32,000 bases of DNA from Raphidiopsis brookii D9 (GCA_000175855.1 ACYB01000031.1:176237-208236); one strand, 5' to 3'; positions 1 through 10,468 are shown, counted from the stretch's first letter. Numbers and translations: made by a program. The notes: generated by a model from the letters alone, not told the origin.

Positions 1-1080
1 TTGAGTAACACCAATGGTTAGGGTATTAGCCATCAATGGTGATGGTGCATACCGAAATTCTGAAGCATATTGTACTTGAGTGGGAATTTCTGCCAACTGC
101 TCTATTAAGTATTTCCCAACCAATGCTGCATGCCAACTTGTTCCACAAGCGACTATTTGAATTTGTGCCAGATCCGTATACAATTCTTCTGGCAGTCCTA
201 AGTTTACTGGTGTATGGGAGTGATTGGGAAAATAGGACTCTAAGCAAGTTCTGACTACCCCCGGTTGCTCATATATTTCTTTGAGCATAAAATGCTTGAA
301 ACCCTGTTTTTCCACCATGATTGGATTCCAATCCAGGGTACGAGGATGTTTCTTTAATCTATTTCCAGCAAAATTATAAACCTCAACCCCCAAAGGAGTT
401 AACCGGGCAATTTCCCCATTCTCTAGGGTCAATACCGCACGAGTATAGGGAACTATTGCTGGGGTGTCGGAAGCACAGAAAAACTCCCCTTGTCCAAAAC
501 CTATAACTAAGGGCGCCTGTTGACGAATCACAATCAACTCATCGGGAAAATCCGCACAAATAGCCGCGATCGCAAAAGCTCCCTCTAATTTACCCACTGC
601 TGCTAACACTGCATCTAAAAATGCTGAATTGGATTTATGATTAGAGTTATTAGGAGATAAAACATGCTTTAAACACTCTGCAAACAGATGGGGAATTACC
701 TCCGTGTCCGTATCTGAACGAAATTTATGACCTAAGGTCTTTAAATATTCTCGCAGTTCACGGTAGTTTTCTATAATACCATTTTGTACTACGGCAATGC
801 GTAGAGCAGTATCTTGATGAGGGTGGGCATTATATTCTTCGGGTTTACCATGGGTTGCCCAGCGGGTATGACCTATACCTAATTGAGCTGGGTTTTCTAT
901 TTGTTCTAGCTTGGAGCGTAAATTTACTAATTTACCCTTGGCTCGCACGCAACTAATATTACCTTCCCCAACTGTGGCAATTCCAGCTGAATCATAGCCT
1001 CTATACTCTAATTTTTCCAGTCCAGATAGTAAAATTTCCGTTGCTGTTTGAGTACCTATATAACCTACGATTCCACACAT
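1..1080 (-). CDS. glmS: Glutamine--fructose-6-phosphate aminotransferase, N-terminal 360 codons; gene continues beyond the left edge
   Basis: Reverse-strand ATG at 1080 translates to MCGIVGYIGTQTATEILLSG, the N-terminal Cys amidotransferase signature of GlmS. The frame stays open to base 1, so it is absent from the ORF track because no stop lies in the window. Confidence 0.9.
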   Translation of the reverse strand, partial: MCGIVGYIGTQTATEILLSGLEKLEYRGYDSAGIATVGEGNISCVRAKGKLVNLRSKLEQIENPAQLGIGHTRWATHGKPEEYNAHPHQDTALRIAVVQNGIIENYRELREYLKTLGHKFRSDTDTEVIPHLFAECLKHVLSPNNSNHKSNSAFLDAVLAAVGKLEGAFAIAAICADFPDELIVIRQQAPLVIGFGQGEFFCASDTPAIVPYTRAVLTLENGEIARLTPLGVEVYNFAGNRLKKHPRTLDWNPIMVEKQGFKHFMLKEIYEQPGVVRTCLESYFPNHSHTPVNLGLPEELYTDLAQIQIVACGTSWHAALVGKYLIEQLAEIPTQVQYASEFRYAPSPLMANTLTIGVTQ

Positions 1081-1160
1081 TTTTTATACTACTCCAGCTA
1101 TATTAATCCAATTGCGGTAATTATAACAAGCTTAATAATAACCATGATAAACTAATCTGT

Positions 1161-1994
1161 CTAAATTTGACACTGGGGACAAAAGTGACTAGAACGCCCA
1201 CTCAGTTTAGTCCTTTGGATCATGCTACCACAAACCTTACAGGGATCTCCCGCTCGGTTGTATACCCAAGCTTCACCACCATAATTCCCATTTACACCTT
1301 TGACATTCAAAAAGTTACTAAAAGTGGTGCCACCAGCAGCTATACTAGCTGATAGAACTTCAATTATGGCCATTCTTAAACTCCCTATCTGTTTTTCGTC
1401 TATGTTTGTGCAAATAGTAGTTGGTAAAATGCCACTTTTAAATAAGGCTTCATCAGCATAAATATTACCTAAACCTGCTACTATAGACTGATCCAATAGG
1501 GCGGTTTTAATGGGACGACGAACCTTTGCCAGTTTAGTAGCCAAGTATTCAGGTGTGAACTCTACAGCAAAGGGGTCAATTGCCAGTTTGCCTAAACCTG
1601 TTATGATTTCCTCCCTCACTACCCCACTTGGCACATGCCACATTTTCCCAAAAGTGCGTTGGTCTACAAACCGTAGTTCTTGCTCCTTGCCAAAAAACAA
1701 TCTTACCCTGGTGTGTTTATGTAATGGTTCCTCTTGATTTAACCATAACAATTGTCCAGTCATGCGCAAATGTACACCCAACCAAGCAGAAGAAGAAAGC
1801 TCGGCCAGCAGATACTTCCCGCAACGGATCCAGGATTTAATGGTGTTACCTTTAATATCTCCAATAAACTCCTCACCAGCAAAAGGATAAGCAACAGTAC
1901 TTGCAAGCAAAACATCCCCACCAGTAATCGGTTGATGGAGCGTTAACTGATTTAAACCCCTACGGACTGTTTCAACTTCGGGCAATTCAGGCAT
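1161..1994 (-). CDS. mutM: Formamidopyrimidine-DNA glycosylase (Fpg/MutM)
   Basis: 277 aa. The N-terminus MPELPEVETVRRGL carries the catalytic Pro2/Glu3. The C-terminal zinc finger is CKVCG...CPQC. Confidence 0.9.
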   Translation of the reverse strand: MPELPEVETVRRGLNQLTLHQPITGGDVLLASTVAYPFAGEEFIGDIKGNTIKSWIRCGKYLLAELSSSAWLGVHLRMTGQLLWLNQEEPLHKHTRVRLFFGKEQELRFVDQRTFGKMWHVPSGVVREEIITGLGKLAIDPFAVEFTPEYLATKLAKVRRPIKTALLDQSIVAGLGNIYADEALFKSGILPTTICTNIDEKQIGSLRMAIIEVLSASIAAGGTTFSNFLNVKGVNGNYGGEAWVYNRAGDPCKVCGSMIQRTKLSGRSSHFCPQCQI

Positions 1995-2117
1995 AGTTGG
2001 GTAGTTGCTGTTTGATCTTATGTCGGGGTTTCACCCCTCTGGTTTTACCGAAGGTCTTCACCCCAACATTTTTAGATAAGGTTTGATGGGTAGTGCTTAT
2101 GCCTACAGCCAGTGGCT

Positions 2118-2318
2118 TTATTTACTGGGTGGTTGTACTTCCAATAATTCAGTCAGAGCGAAATTATTAGTATTCACACCACTGTAATTGACATTGGGAA
2201 AACGCACAATCACAGGATATTTAATGCCACTTTTATCTACAGAAGCAACAGTACCTACTTCTTGAAACCAGTAGGACTCAGGACGAAGCACACGTACTTT
2301 AGAACCGCGTTGAACCAT
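2118..2318 (-). CDS. psaE: Photosystem I reaction centre subunit IV (PsaE)
   Basis: 66 aa. [28 protein letters not shown]...YPVIVRF matches the conserved PsaE SH3-like sequence. Confidence 0.9.
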   Translation of the reverse strand: MVQRGSKVRVLRPESYWFQEVGTVASVDKSGIKYPVIVRFPNVNYSGVNTNNFALTELLEVQPPSK

Positions 2319-2429
2319 GATATGTTACCTTTAAATGATCAATTGAAAGCAGGGCTATTTCTTTTCAGTCTAGAACTTTTTGTCCGATGGTCAAGAATCT
2401 GAATAAAATCTTAATGGCACTTAGCAATT

Positions 2430-3023
2430 CTATCTCCAAGTAATATAAGGTAACTGACTTGCTACTGCTTTTACCTGTGCCGCATTAGCTACTAACTGTC
2501 CACAAGCATCCCAGGTCCCCGACACAAAGGCGGTTTTTGTTCCCTGACCCATAGCCACAGGTAGGATTAAATCATGAATTTGTACTTGCAAATTTTCCAC
2601 ATCTATGGTAACCAATGCCTGAGGATCTGCAGTCACTAATTCTTGTAACTGTCTAACTATGCCAGGTTCAGCGGTGACGCAGGGTATACCCATAGCTACA
2701 CAGTTACCAAAAAAGATTTCAGCAAAGCTTTCACCAATAATCCCCCTAATACCCCATTTAGCCAATGCTTGGGGGGCGTGTTCCCTAGATGAACCACAGC
2801 CAAAATTACGGTTGACTATTAATACTTTTGCCCCCTGATATTGGGGAAGATCAAAGGGATGTTGACCATTTAAGGCTTTTCGGTCATCTATGAATGCTCC
2901 TTCCCCTAAACCGTCAAAGGTGATAGCTTTTAAGTAGCGGGCAGGTATAATCCTATCCGTGTCAATATCATCTCCCACTAAAGGTAAGGCGCGATCGCTG
3001 ATTTTGTTAATTTTATTTAGCAT
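2430..3023 (-). CDS. leuD: 3-isopropylmalate dehydratase small subunit
   Basis: 197 aa with [12 protein letters not shown] and [12 protein letters not shown] motifs of the aconitase-family swivel domain. It lies 37 nt downstream of leuC on the same strand. Confidence 0.9.
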   Translation of the reverse strand: MLNKINKISDRALPLVGDDIDTDRIIPARYLKAITFDGLGEGAFIDDRKALNGQHPFDLPQYQGAKVLIVNRNFGCGSSREHAPQALAKWGIRGIIGESFAEIFFGNCVAMGIPCVTAEPGIVRQLQELVTADPQALVTIDVENLQVQIHDLILPVAMGQGTKTAFVSGTWDACGQLVANAAQVKAVASQLPYITWR

Positions 3024-3060
3024 GTTTATGATCAGTAATTAACTTTAATTACATTTCTGT

Positions 3061-4479
3061 TCAGCTATTAGCTGATAAAAGTTCGCGCACATCCGCAACT
3101 TCACCCTTAATAGCAGCCGTTGCCACCATAGCGGGACTCATGAGCAGGGTGCGACCAGAAGCGGAACCCTGTCTACCCTTAAAGTTACGATTAGAGGAGG
3201 AGGCGCTAATTTGTCTTCCTTGTAATTTGTCGGGGTTCATAGCCAAACACATGGAACATCCCGGTTCGCGCCATTCAAAACCTGCTTGAATAAAAGATTT
3301 GATCCAACCCTTCAGCTTCAGCTTGTTTTTTTCACCCTTTCCGATCCAGGAACCACAAAGGCTTTCATACCCGGTGCAACTTGACGACCTTGGGCAATTT
3401 TTAGCTGCTTCCCTCAAATCGCTGATGCGTCCATTAGTGCAACTGCCAATAAAGCAAACATCTATTTTTGTCCCTTGAATGGGTTGACCAGGGTAGAGAT
3501 CCATATAGCGATAGGCTTCCTCCGCTACAAACCGGTCTTCTTCTGGTAGGTCTTGGGCGGCGGGTACTTTTTCATCTACCCCAATTCCCTGACCAGGAGT
3601 AATTCCCCAGGTGACTGTGGGTGGAATATCTTCCGCCCTAAATACTACCACATCATCATATTCCGCATCCTCATCACTCCGTAGAGATTGCCACCACTTT
3701 AAGGCTTCTTCCCAAGCTGCTTCTTTGGGGGCAAAGTCCTTATTTTTTAAATACTCATAAGTAATTTCATCGGGATTTACATATCCGCACCTGGCACCAC
3801 CCTCAATGGCCATATTACAAACGGTCATTCTTTCTTCCATGTTCATTTGTTCAAAGGTGGTTCCCGCATATTCATAAGCATAACCTACGCCACCTTTGAC
3901 TCCCAGGGTGCGAATTATATGTAATATCACATCCTTCGCATAAACCCCCGGGGGAAGATTCCCATTTACCTCAATTTTCCGCACCTTGAGTTTTGATAAT
4001 GCTAAAGTTTGAGAAGCCAAAACATCACGCACCTGACTTGTGCCAATTCCAAAAGCGATCGCCCCAAAGGCACCATGACTGGATGTATGACTATCTCCAC
4101 AGGCAATAGTCATACCCGGTTGTGTCAATCCTAATTCTGGTGCAATGACATGGACTATACCCTGATTTCCCGAACCGATATTATAAAAAGTGATGTCATT
4201 TTCTTGACAATTTTTTTCCAAAGCACGGATCATTTCTTCTGCCATATTGTCCGCAAAAGGACGTACTTGGTTATCTGTAGGGACAATATGATCTACCGTG
4301 GCCACAGTTCGGTGTGGGAACAATACCTTGAGACCCCTTTCCTTGAGCATAGCAAAGGCTTGGGGACTGGTAACCTCATGGATAAGATGGAGTCCGATAA
4401 ACAGTTGGGTGAGTCCTGATGGAAGTGTGCCCACGGTGTGAATTTCCCAAACTTTGTCAAATAGAGTTCCCTTGCTCAT
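3061..4479 (-). CDS. leuC: 3-isopropylmalate dehydratase large subunit; ORF is open but about 37 internal codons are read out of the ancestral frame
   Basis: 472 aa with aconitase-family motifs [23 protein letters not shown] and [11 protein letters not shown]. The segment 3292-3402 translates to a non-LeuC peptide in the ORF frame but to canonical LeuC sequence after removing one base from each of three homopolymer runs (see finding). Confidence 0.9.
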   Translation of the reverse strand: MSKGTLFDKVWEIHTVGTLPSGLTQLFIGLHLIHEVTSPQAFAMLKERGLKVLFPHRTVATVDHIVPTDNQVRPFADNMAEEMIRALEKNCQENDITFYNIGSGNQGIVHVIAPELGLTQPGMTIACGDSHTSSHGAFGAIAFGIGTSQVRDVLASQTLALSKLKVRKIEVNGNLPPGVYAKDVILHIIRTLGVKGGVGYAYEYAGTTFEQMNMEERMTVCNMAIEGGARCGYVNPDEITYEYLKNKDFAPKEAAWEEALKWWQSLRSDEDAEYDDVVVFRAEDIPPTVTWGITPGQGIGVDEKVPAAQDLPEEDRFVAEEAYRYMDLYPGQPIQGTKIDVCFIGSCTNGRISDLREAAKNCPRSSSCTGYESLCGSWIGKGEKNKLKLKGWIKSFIQAGFEWREPGCSMCLAMNPDKLQGRQISASSSNRNFKGRQGSASGRTLLMSPAMVATAAIKGEVADVRELLSANS

Positions 4480-4554
4480 ACGCTCAATGCTATGTTTACT
4501 ACTTAAAAGGAGTTCAATCTACTATCATATCAGATATATCAGAAAACTGGAACT

Positions 4555-5463
4555 TTAAAAACTGTTCGCAGCAGCACGCAAATTACCTTTATGTGCTGCT
4601 AGTAGCTGTTGAGCCTCCTGCTTATCCAAATTTTTCCAGTGCATCAGCAAAGCTAGTTTCACCCACTTACCACTTCTTTCTAGTAAAGTCTCAGCTGCTT
4701 CCTTATTTAGGTCAGTCAAATCTCGTAATATCCTTAAAGCGCGGTCATGTAGTTTTTGATTAGTAACAGCAACATCCACCATGCGATTACCATAAACCTT
4801 GCCCAATTTCACCATCACACCGGTTGAAAGTATATTCAAAGCCAACTTTGTAGCCGTACCAGCCTTCAAGCGGGTGGAACCAGCCAAAATTTCCGGTCCA
4901 GTTAGTAGGCGAATATCCACATCCGCCTCAACAGCAACCTGTTGTGCGGGAACACAGGCAATAAAAATAGTTAAGGCACCTCGCTGACGTGCCCCATGCA
5001 AGGCTCCATGAACATAGGGGGTAGTTCCTCCAGCAGTGATACCCACCACCACATCGAGGGAATTCACCTGGTGTTGGATGATAGCATTTTCCCCATCCTC
5101 TGCCAAATCTTCCAAACCCTCAGAACTGCGTAACAAAGCACCCGCACCACCAGCAATAATCCCCTGTACCAAATCTGGAGGTGTGCAGAAAGTGGGTGGA
5201 CATTCGGCCGCATCTAATACCCCTAATCTCCCACTTGTGCCCGCACCAATGTAAAATAACCTTCCCCCTTGATGTAGCTTGGCAGCTATTTGTTCGATAG
5301 CTGCTGCCAACTCCATTTTAGCACCAGCTATAGCAGATAAAGCTTTTTGATCTTCACTGTTGAATAACTCTACCAGTTCCAGAGCATTAAGTTGGTCTAG
5401 ATTTAAACTATGAGGATTTATCTGTTCTGTTAAAAGATGTCCGCGTTCTTGTAAGTTAGTCAT
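4555..5463 (-). CDS. murQ: N-acetylmuramic acid 6-phosphate etherase
   Basis: 302 aa. SIS-domain sequence GAGTSGRLGVLDAAECPPTF and AGSTRLKAGTATKLALN are typical of MurQ. Confidence 0.85.
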   Translation of the reverse strand: MTNLQERGHLLTEQINPHSLNLDQLNALELVELFNSEDQKALSAIAGAKMELAAAIEQIAAKLHQGGRLFYIGAGTSGRLGVLDAAECPPTFCTPPDLVQGIIAGGAGALLRSSEGLEDLAEDGENAIIQHQVNSLDVVVGITAGGTTPYVHGALHGARQRGALTIFIACVPAQQVAVEADVDIRLLTGPEILAGSTRLKAGTATKLALNILSTGVMVKLGKVYGNRMVDVAVTNQKLHDRALRILRDLTDLNKEAAETLLERSGKWVKLALLMHWKNLDKQEAQQLLAAHKGNLRAAANSF

Positions 5464-5562
5464 TTTCTATTTACTACCCAATTACCTACTATTATATATA
5501 TCTGGGTATATCTGGGAATTGGTAATTTTCAAAACCTGCTAGAAATAGAAAAATTGGCGAAT

Positions 5563-5578
5563 TGTGATTGAACATACA
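5563..5578 (+). promoter_or_regulatory. NtcA-type operator (TGTG-N8-TACA; GTG-N8-TAC core) upstream of amt
   Basis: TGTGATTGAACATACA is a near-consensus match to the cyanobacterial NtcA site GTA-N8-TAC, with one mismatch in the left half. A -10-like GATAAT lies at 5603-5608, about 25 nt downstream. The site sits 126 nt upstream of the amt start. Confidence 0.45.
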
Positions 5579-5703
5579 GAACTGAACCATAGATAACAGT
5601 TTGATAATTTACAGTGGATTAAAAAAATGCTAGGGATTCCCCTAGTTACAGCTTTATCCTTCAAAAAACATTAGAAAAACATTAGCTAAATTACTCACTT
5701 ACA

Positions 5704-7236
5704 GTGATGAGCATGACAAGAATAAGATCAAAACGCCTCCGGCGTAAGCGGGGTTCTGCCCTTCGACTGAGTTTTCCATGGCTATCAGCAGGAAAGCTGG
5801 CTCCTATTGGGCGTGCTTGTATAACTGTGGCTATGCTGATTATAGTTGGATGGGGCTATGCAGCTGTTGCAGCTGACCCACCTAAGCTAGAAGATCTTGC
5901 TAAACAGTCCGCTGATCTCAAAGTTGGCATTGACACCATGTGGGTGATGTTTGCCGGGATGCTAGTATTTTTTATGAATGCTGGTTTTGGTATGTTAGAA
6001 ACGGGGTTATGTCGTCAAAAAAACGCCGTTAATGTACTGGCAAAAAACCTAATTGTATTTGCCCTTTCTACCGTAGCTTTCTGGGCCATTGGATTTGGCC
6101 TGATGTTCAGTGATGGCAACCCCTTCATCGGTCTTGGTGGTTTATTTTTACAGGGAGCTGATAATAGTCCAGCTATGGGGGATGCATATAAGGGAATTTT
6201 CAGTTCCCTCAACTGGACTGGTGTTCCTTTAGGGGCCAAGTTCTTTTTCCAACTAGTGTTTGCAGGTACAGCGGCCACAATCGTATCGGGAGCAGTAGCA
6301 GAAAGAGTCAAATTTCTCAGTTTTCTCGTCTTTAGTTTACTCCTGGTTGGCTTGGCCTACCCCATTACAGGTCATTGGATCTGGGGCGGAGGATGGCTAT
6401 ACAAGCTGGGTTTCTGGGACTTTGCTGGCTGTACTGTGGTCCACTCAGTTGGGGGTTGGTCTGCTCTGGTAGGAGCTTTCTTGTTAGGGCCCAGAATTGG
6501 TCGTTACAATCCGGATGGTTCTGCTAATGCCATGCCCGGTCATAATATGAGTATTGCTACCCTTGGTTGTTTGATACTCTGGCTAGGCTGGTTTGGTTTC
6601 AACCCTGGTTCTACTATGAGTGTATCAGATGGAACCGCTATTGCCCACATCGCCCTAACTACCAATACAGCTGGTGCCTTTGGCGGTATAGCAGCAACTA
6701 TTGCAGCTTGGGCATTTTTAGGTAAGCCTGACTTATCTATGATCATTAATGGCATTCTGGCCGGACTGGTGGGAGTCACTGCTTCTTGCGCCTATATTAG
6801 TGTTCCCTCATCAGCTATTGTGGGTGCTATTGCTGGTGTTCTTGTAGTGAAGGCAGTGCCATTCTTTGACAAGCTAAAAATTGATGATCCAGTAGGAGCA
6901 GTTTCCGTACACCTGTGTTGTGGTGTGTGGGGTACCTTAGCAGTGGGATTATTTTCCCAGGGAAATGTTTACTATCAGGGTGGTCCCACAGGGCTATTCT
7001 TTGGTGGTGGTATTGGACAACTGTGGACCCAATTTGTGGGTGTGTTGACCGTGGGTTTGTTTACACTTCTGATATCTGGCATTTTCTTCCTCGCACTCAA
7101 ATATACTATGGGTATTCGAGTCGAAGAATCAGAGGAACTGGAGGGTCTGGATGTGGGCGAACATGGTATGGAAGCCTACCCCGGATTTGTCAAGGAAGCA
7201 TCCTCCCCTGATTTGCTTGGTTTTGGCAATCGCTAG
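5704..7236 (+). CDS. amt: Ammonium transporter (Amt/MEP family) with N-terminal signal-like extension
   Basis: 510 aa with many hydrophobic segments. Conserved Amt stretches include [45 protein letters not shown] and [16 protein letters not shown]. The start is ambiguous (GTG 5704, ATG 5707 or 5713). Confidence 0.9.
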   Translation: MMSMTRIRSKRLRRKRGSALRLSFPWLSAGKLAPIGRACITVAMLIIVGWGYAAVAADPPKLEDLAKQSADLKVGIDTMWVMFAGMLVFFMNAGFGMLETGLCRQKNAVNVLAKNLIVFALSTVAFWAIGFGLMFSDGNPFIGLGGLFLQGADNSPAMGDAYKGIFSSLNWTGVPLGAKFFFQLVFAGTAATIVSGAVAERVKFLSFLVFSLLLVGLAYPITGHWIWGGGWLYKLGFWDFAGCTVVHSVGGWSALVGAFLLGPRIGRYNPDGSANAMPGHNMSIATLGCLILWLGWFGFNPGSTMSVSDGTAIAHIALTTNTAGAFGGIAATIAAWAFLGKPDLSMIINGILAGLVGVTASCAYISVPSSAIVGAIAGVLVVKAVPFFDKLKIDDPVGAVSVHLCCGVWGTLAVGLFSQGNVYYQGGPTGLFFGGGIGQLWTQFVGVLTVGLFTLLISGIFFLALKYTMGIRVEESEELEGLDVGEHGMEAYPGFVKEASSPDLLGFGNR

Positions 7237-7978
7237 TCAAGGACCTGGGGGTGGTTGGGAATGGGATTTCACAAGCAGCAGCAATCAAAGATAAAGCAAC
7301 TATGGGGGCAGTTGCTGCACGCAAAATGCGATCGCCTAGTGATACTGGCTGAAATTTAGCTAGGATGGCAGTGGCAATTTCTGTTTCTGTCCATCCACCC
7401 TCTGGACCTATGGCAATTACGACTTCTTTAATATCTTTAAGCGGAATATTAATTATATTGATTAAATGGGGATAGCTACCCCTTGCCTCGCATATATAAC
7501 ATTTAAAATTACTATATTCACTTAGAGCAGTACTAAAAGCCACAGGTTCTAATATAGTGGGAACAAAAGCCCGTTCTGACTGCTCTGCAGCTTCTTTGGC
7601 TATGCGTCGCCACCGTTCCAGTTTTTGGGGACTGGGATTTAGTAAAGTGCGATCGCTCAAAACAGGTAAAATAGAGGACACTCCCAGTTCTGTGGAGTAG
7701 CGAACCACGTCATCAAAAGCATTGCCCTTGGGTAAGGCCAGTATGAGGGTTATGGATAAGGGTAACTCTGTTTTTGGTGTGAGGGTTTGTAAAATCTGTG
7801 CCGTGTCTGCTGTTAATTTGGTCAACCACCATTTACCCATACCATCCATAGAAATAAATTGATCCCCATCTTGTAGTCTTAATACTCGTAACAAGTAGTG
7901 TTTTTGTTTAGGGGTTAAGAGAACTTGATTTTGTTGTAATTGGGATATTTGAATAGTGAGACGTTGCAGTTGGGCCAT
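7190..7978 (-). CDS. rsmE: 16S rRNA (uracil1498-N3)-methyltransferase, RsmE family
   Basis: 262 aa. It has an N-terminal PUA-like region followed by the SPOUT-type motifs [13 protein letters not shown] and [12 protein letters not shown]. The 3' end overlaps the amt 3' end by 47 nt. Confidence 0.8.
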   Translation of the reverse strand: MAQLQRLTIQISQLQQNQVLLTPKQKHYLLRVLRLQDGDQFISMDGMGKWWLTKLTADTAQILQTLTPKTELPLSITLILALPKGNAFDDVVRYSTELGVSSILPVLSDRTLLNPSPQKLERWRRIAKEAAEQSERAFVPTILEPVAFSTALSEYSNFKCYICEARGSYPHLINIINIPLKDIKEVVIAIGPEGGWTETEIATAILAKFQPVSLGDRILRAATAPIVALSLIAAACEIPFPTTPRSLTSDCQNQANQGRMLP

Positions 7979-7987
7979 AGTTTACAG

Positions 7988-8335
7988 TTAAAAATTTACT
8001 ACACTTTCAATTAGTTGCCATTTGCGGTTATGTTCAAATTCTTGACGAATCTGGTCAAAGACTTGCCGGCAATGGTTATCCAACTTCAATGGCAGTTCTT
8101 CACTCTTCACCACAAGATTTATCCATGTTTCATTTTCCGCTTTGGATTTGTCAACTAACACTTCTATAGCTACTAATTTAGAAAATGACACCTTACCAGG
8201 GATCTCAGTGGCGATGATATAGTCATGGGAGTAAAATTGAACCGAGAATCCGCAATCCTGCAATAGTTGGATTATTAGCGAGTGTAAATATTCAGCTTTG
8301 ACACCTATGAGAAAGGAAGAGGTATAACGAGCCAT
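7988..8335 (-). CDS. Hypothetical protein (115 aa)
   Basis: The ORF is tightly spaced, 9 nt upstream of rsmE on the same strand, and has coding-like composition. I recognise no motif. Confidence 0.5.
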   Translation of the reverse strand: MARYTSSFLIGVKAEYLHSLIIQLLQDCGFSVQFYSHDYIIATEIPGKVSFSKLVAIEVLVDKSKAENETWINLVVKSEELPLKLDNHCRQVFDQIRQEFEHNRKWQLIESVVNF

Positions 8336-8438
8336 ATTGGGTTCAAGTTTTTTGTAAAATGTAAAATTAGACTCACAAGGTTATTCATGGAGTTAAAAAA
8401 AGGGGGAACCCAAGCTTTAAAGGATTCCCCATTGCCCA

Positions 8439-8792
8439 CTATTCTGGTATGTCAATCAAAACATGATCATTTTCCACACGCAGGGGAAACACGGGTAAAT
8501 TTTTCTGTTGAGAGACCATTCCCATTAACTTACCAACTGCGGGAGGCCAAGGACACCAGGTTTTGACTTCTCCAGTAGCTAGGTCAAAAGCACTACGGTG
8601 AAATGAGCAAACAATTGTACTATTTTCAATTTTTGCGGATTTCATTGGTACTTTAAGGTGGGGACAGCTATTTTCTACAGCATAATACTGGTTATCATGG
8701 TTTAACACCAGTATATTTCTTTTTCCTACCTTTACCACTTCTCGACCTCCCGGTAGCAGGTCACTTGTTGCCAGAATTTTTTGCCACGCCAT
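8439..8792 (-). CDS. Rieske [2Fe-2S] domain protein
   Basis: 117 aa. CPH (CPHLKVPM) and CxxH (CSFHRSAF) motifs have the spacing typical of Rieske ferredoxin-like proteins. Confidence 0.8.
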   Translation of the reverse strand: MAWQKILATSDLLPGGREVVKVGKRNILVLNHDNQYYAVENSCPHLKVPMKSAKIENSTIVCSFHRSAFDLATGEVKTWCPWPPAVGKLMGMVSQQKNLPVFPLRVENDHVLIDIPE

Positions 8793-8824
8793 TGTTTTGT
8801 CCCCTATTTGTGTTAAGATTGAGG

Positions 8825-10468
8825 TTAAAGATCACAGTGTAAATTATTAGCCTTTTGGGTGAACCTACGATTTTCTCTATAGTCTACCCTACAATCTATC
8901 ACACTGGGAACATCTTGTACTAAGGCCTCTTTCAGGACGGGAATTAAATCAGTAGCTGAATCAACACGGTAACCCTTTAATCCCATGCTTTCTGCTAGTT
9001 TGACAAAGTCGGGATTGCCAAAATGCACAAAAGCTGCTTTACCCTTACCAAATTGATTTTCCTGTTTCCATTCGATTAGTCCATAGCCACCATCATTAAA
9101 AATTAGCGTGACAAATGGTGTGCTAACTCGCAGTGCTGTTTCCAATTCTTGACAATTCATCATAAAACCACCATCGCCGGTTACAGCTACAATTTTGCGA
9201 TCAGGATACACCAGCTTAGCTGCTAAAGCGCCTGGGATAGCAATTCCCATGGACGCAAAACCATTGGATATAATACAAGTGTTGGGACTATGACAATGGT
9301 AATGTCTAGCCATCCACATTTTATGAGCTCCTACATCAGAAATAACAATGTCCTCTGGTCCCATGACCTGACGTAGATCATAAATTAATTTTTGTGGTTT
9401 AATAGGGAAGCCATCATCCTGAGCATACTGTTCATAATCAGCTCGAATATTGCCCCTTAAACTAATAGCGTAGGGTTCTGGTTTACCATGTCTGTCAGCA
9501 ATTTTTAAAATCTCATTTAGGGAATCAGAAATATCACCTATTACTTCTATTTGGGGAATATAACTACTATCAATTTCCGCTGCATCAGCTGCAATATGAA
9601 CGATGGGAATATTACATTCCATATTCCATTTTTTGGGAGAGAATTCAATTAAATCATAACCAATGGCTATGACTAAGTCCGCATGATCAAAACCGCAGGT
9701 AATAAAGTCTCTTTGTTGGAGTCCTACAGACCATAGGGCTAAGGGATGGGTGTAGGGGATAACACCTTTACCCATAAAAGTATTAACCACGGGAATATTC
9801 ATTTGGGTGGCAAATTGGGTGACAGCATCACTAGCTTGGGCACGAATCGCCCCATTCCCTACTAAAATTATGGGGTTAATTGCCTGGGAAATCACCGCTG
9901 CTGCTGCGCGAATGCTGGCAAAAGCTGCGTAGGTTTTCTCTAAATTGTCCTTTTGTAGGGGTTTACCTTCTGCTGGCATGGCCGCAATATTTTCCGGTAA
10001 ATCGATGTGAACTGCTCCGGGTTTTTCTGTTTGCGATCGCTTGAAGGCTTTTCTGACTATTTCTGGTGTGATGCTGGGTCTAACTATCTGTTTATTCCAC
10101 TTAGTAACTGGAGCAAACATAGCCACTAAATCTAAATATTGGTGAGACTCAATGTGCATTCTATCTGTTCCCACCTGTCCAGTAATTGCCACTAGTGGTG
10201 CGCCATCCAGGTTAGCATCGGCCACACCGGTCATGAGATTGGTAGCTCCAGGTCCTAGGGTAGAAAGACAGACCCCTGCTTTACCGGTTAATCTTCCATA
10301 AACGTCTGCCATGAATGCTGCGCCTTGTTCATGGCGGGTGGTAATAAATCGAATGGAAGAGTTTTTGATAGCTTCTAAAACGTGAAGATTTTCTTCACCA
10401 GGTAAGCCAAAAACATACTCTACACCTTCATTTTCTAAACACTTTACTAGTAGTTCTGCTGTATTCAT
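8825..10468 (-). CDS. Thiamine-diphosphate enzyme of the acetolactate-synthase-like family, probable 2-oxoglutarate decarboxylase
   Basis: N-terminus MNTAELLVKCLENEGVEYVFGLPGEEN and ThDP motif GDGGFMMNCQELETA...NDGGYG. ATG 10468 is preceded by AAGGA; the alternative ATG at 10501 adds 11 aa. Its position immediately downstream of an SSADH gene matches the known cyanobacterial TCA-bypass pair. Confidence 0.8.
   Translation of the reverse strand: MNTAELLVKCLENEGVEYVFGLPGEENLHVLEAIKNSSIRFITTRHEQGAAFMADVYGRLTGKAGVCLSTLGPGATNLMTGVADANLDGAPLVAITGQVGTDRMHIESHQYLDLVAMFAPVTKWNKQIVRPSITPEIVRKAFKRSQTEKPGAVHIDLPENIAAMPAEGKPLQKDNLEKTYAAFASIRAAAAVISQAINPIILVGNGAIRAQASDAVTQFATQMNIPVVNTFMGKGVIPYTHPLALWSVGLQQRDFITCGFDHADLVIAIGYDLIEFSPKKWNMECNIPIVHIAADAAEIDSSYIPQIEVIGDISDSLNEILKIADRHGKPEPYAISLRGNIRADYEQYAQDDGFPIKPQKLIYDLRQVMGPEDIVISDVGAHKMWMARHYHCHSPNTCIISNGFASMGIAIPGALAAKLVYPDRKIVAVTGDGGFMMNCQELETALRVSTPFVTLIFNDGGYGLIEWKQENQFGKGKAAFVHFGNPDFVKLAESMGLKGYRVDSATDLIPVLKEALVQDVPSVIDCRVDYRENRRFTQKANNLHCDL

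Noticed and set aside
26-506. ORF-track entries 26-247(-), 36-254(+) and 321-506(+)
   Set aside because: They lie inside the region whose minus-strand frame from ATG 1080 gives an uninterrupted, clearly GlmS-like translation. They are shadow or out-of-frame ORFs.
1081-1160. Possible glmS ribozyme or leader upstream of glmS
   Set aside because: Only 80 nt separate glmS from mutM. I see no conserved ribozyme core, and the element is not a known feature of cyanobacterial glmS genes.
2025-2064. GGGG-TTTCA-CCCC mini-hairpin and repeated TTCACCCC between psaE and mutM
   Set aside because: The stem is only 4 bp and the direct repeat only 8 nt, too weak to call a terminator or repeat element with any confidence.
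4150-4763. Plus-strand ORFs 4150-4419 and 4419-4763
   Set aside because: They are antisense to the well-supported leuC and murQ genes and span their intergenic gap. Their composition is low-complexity and unprotein-like.
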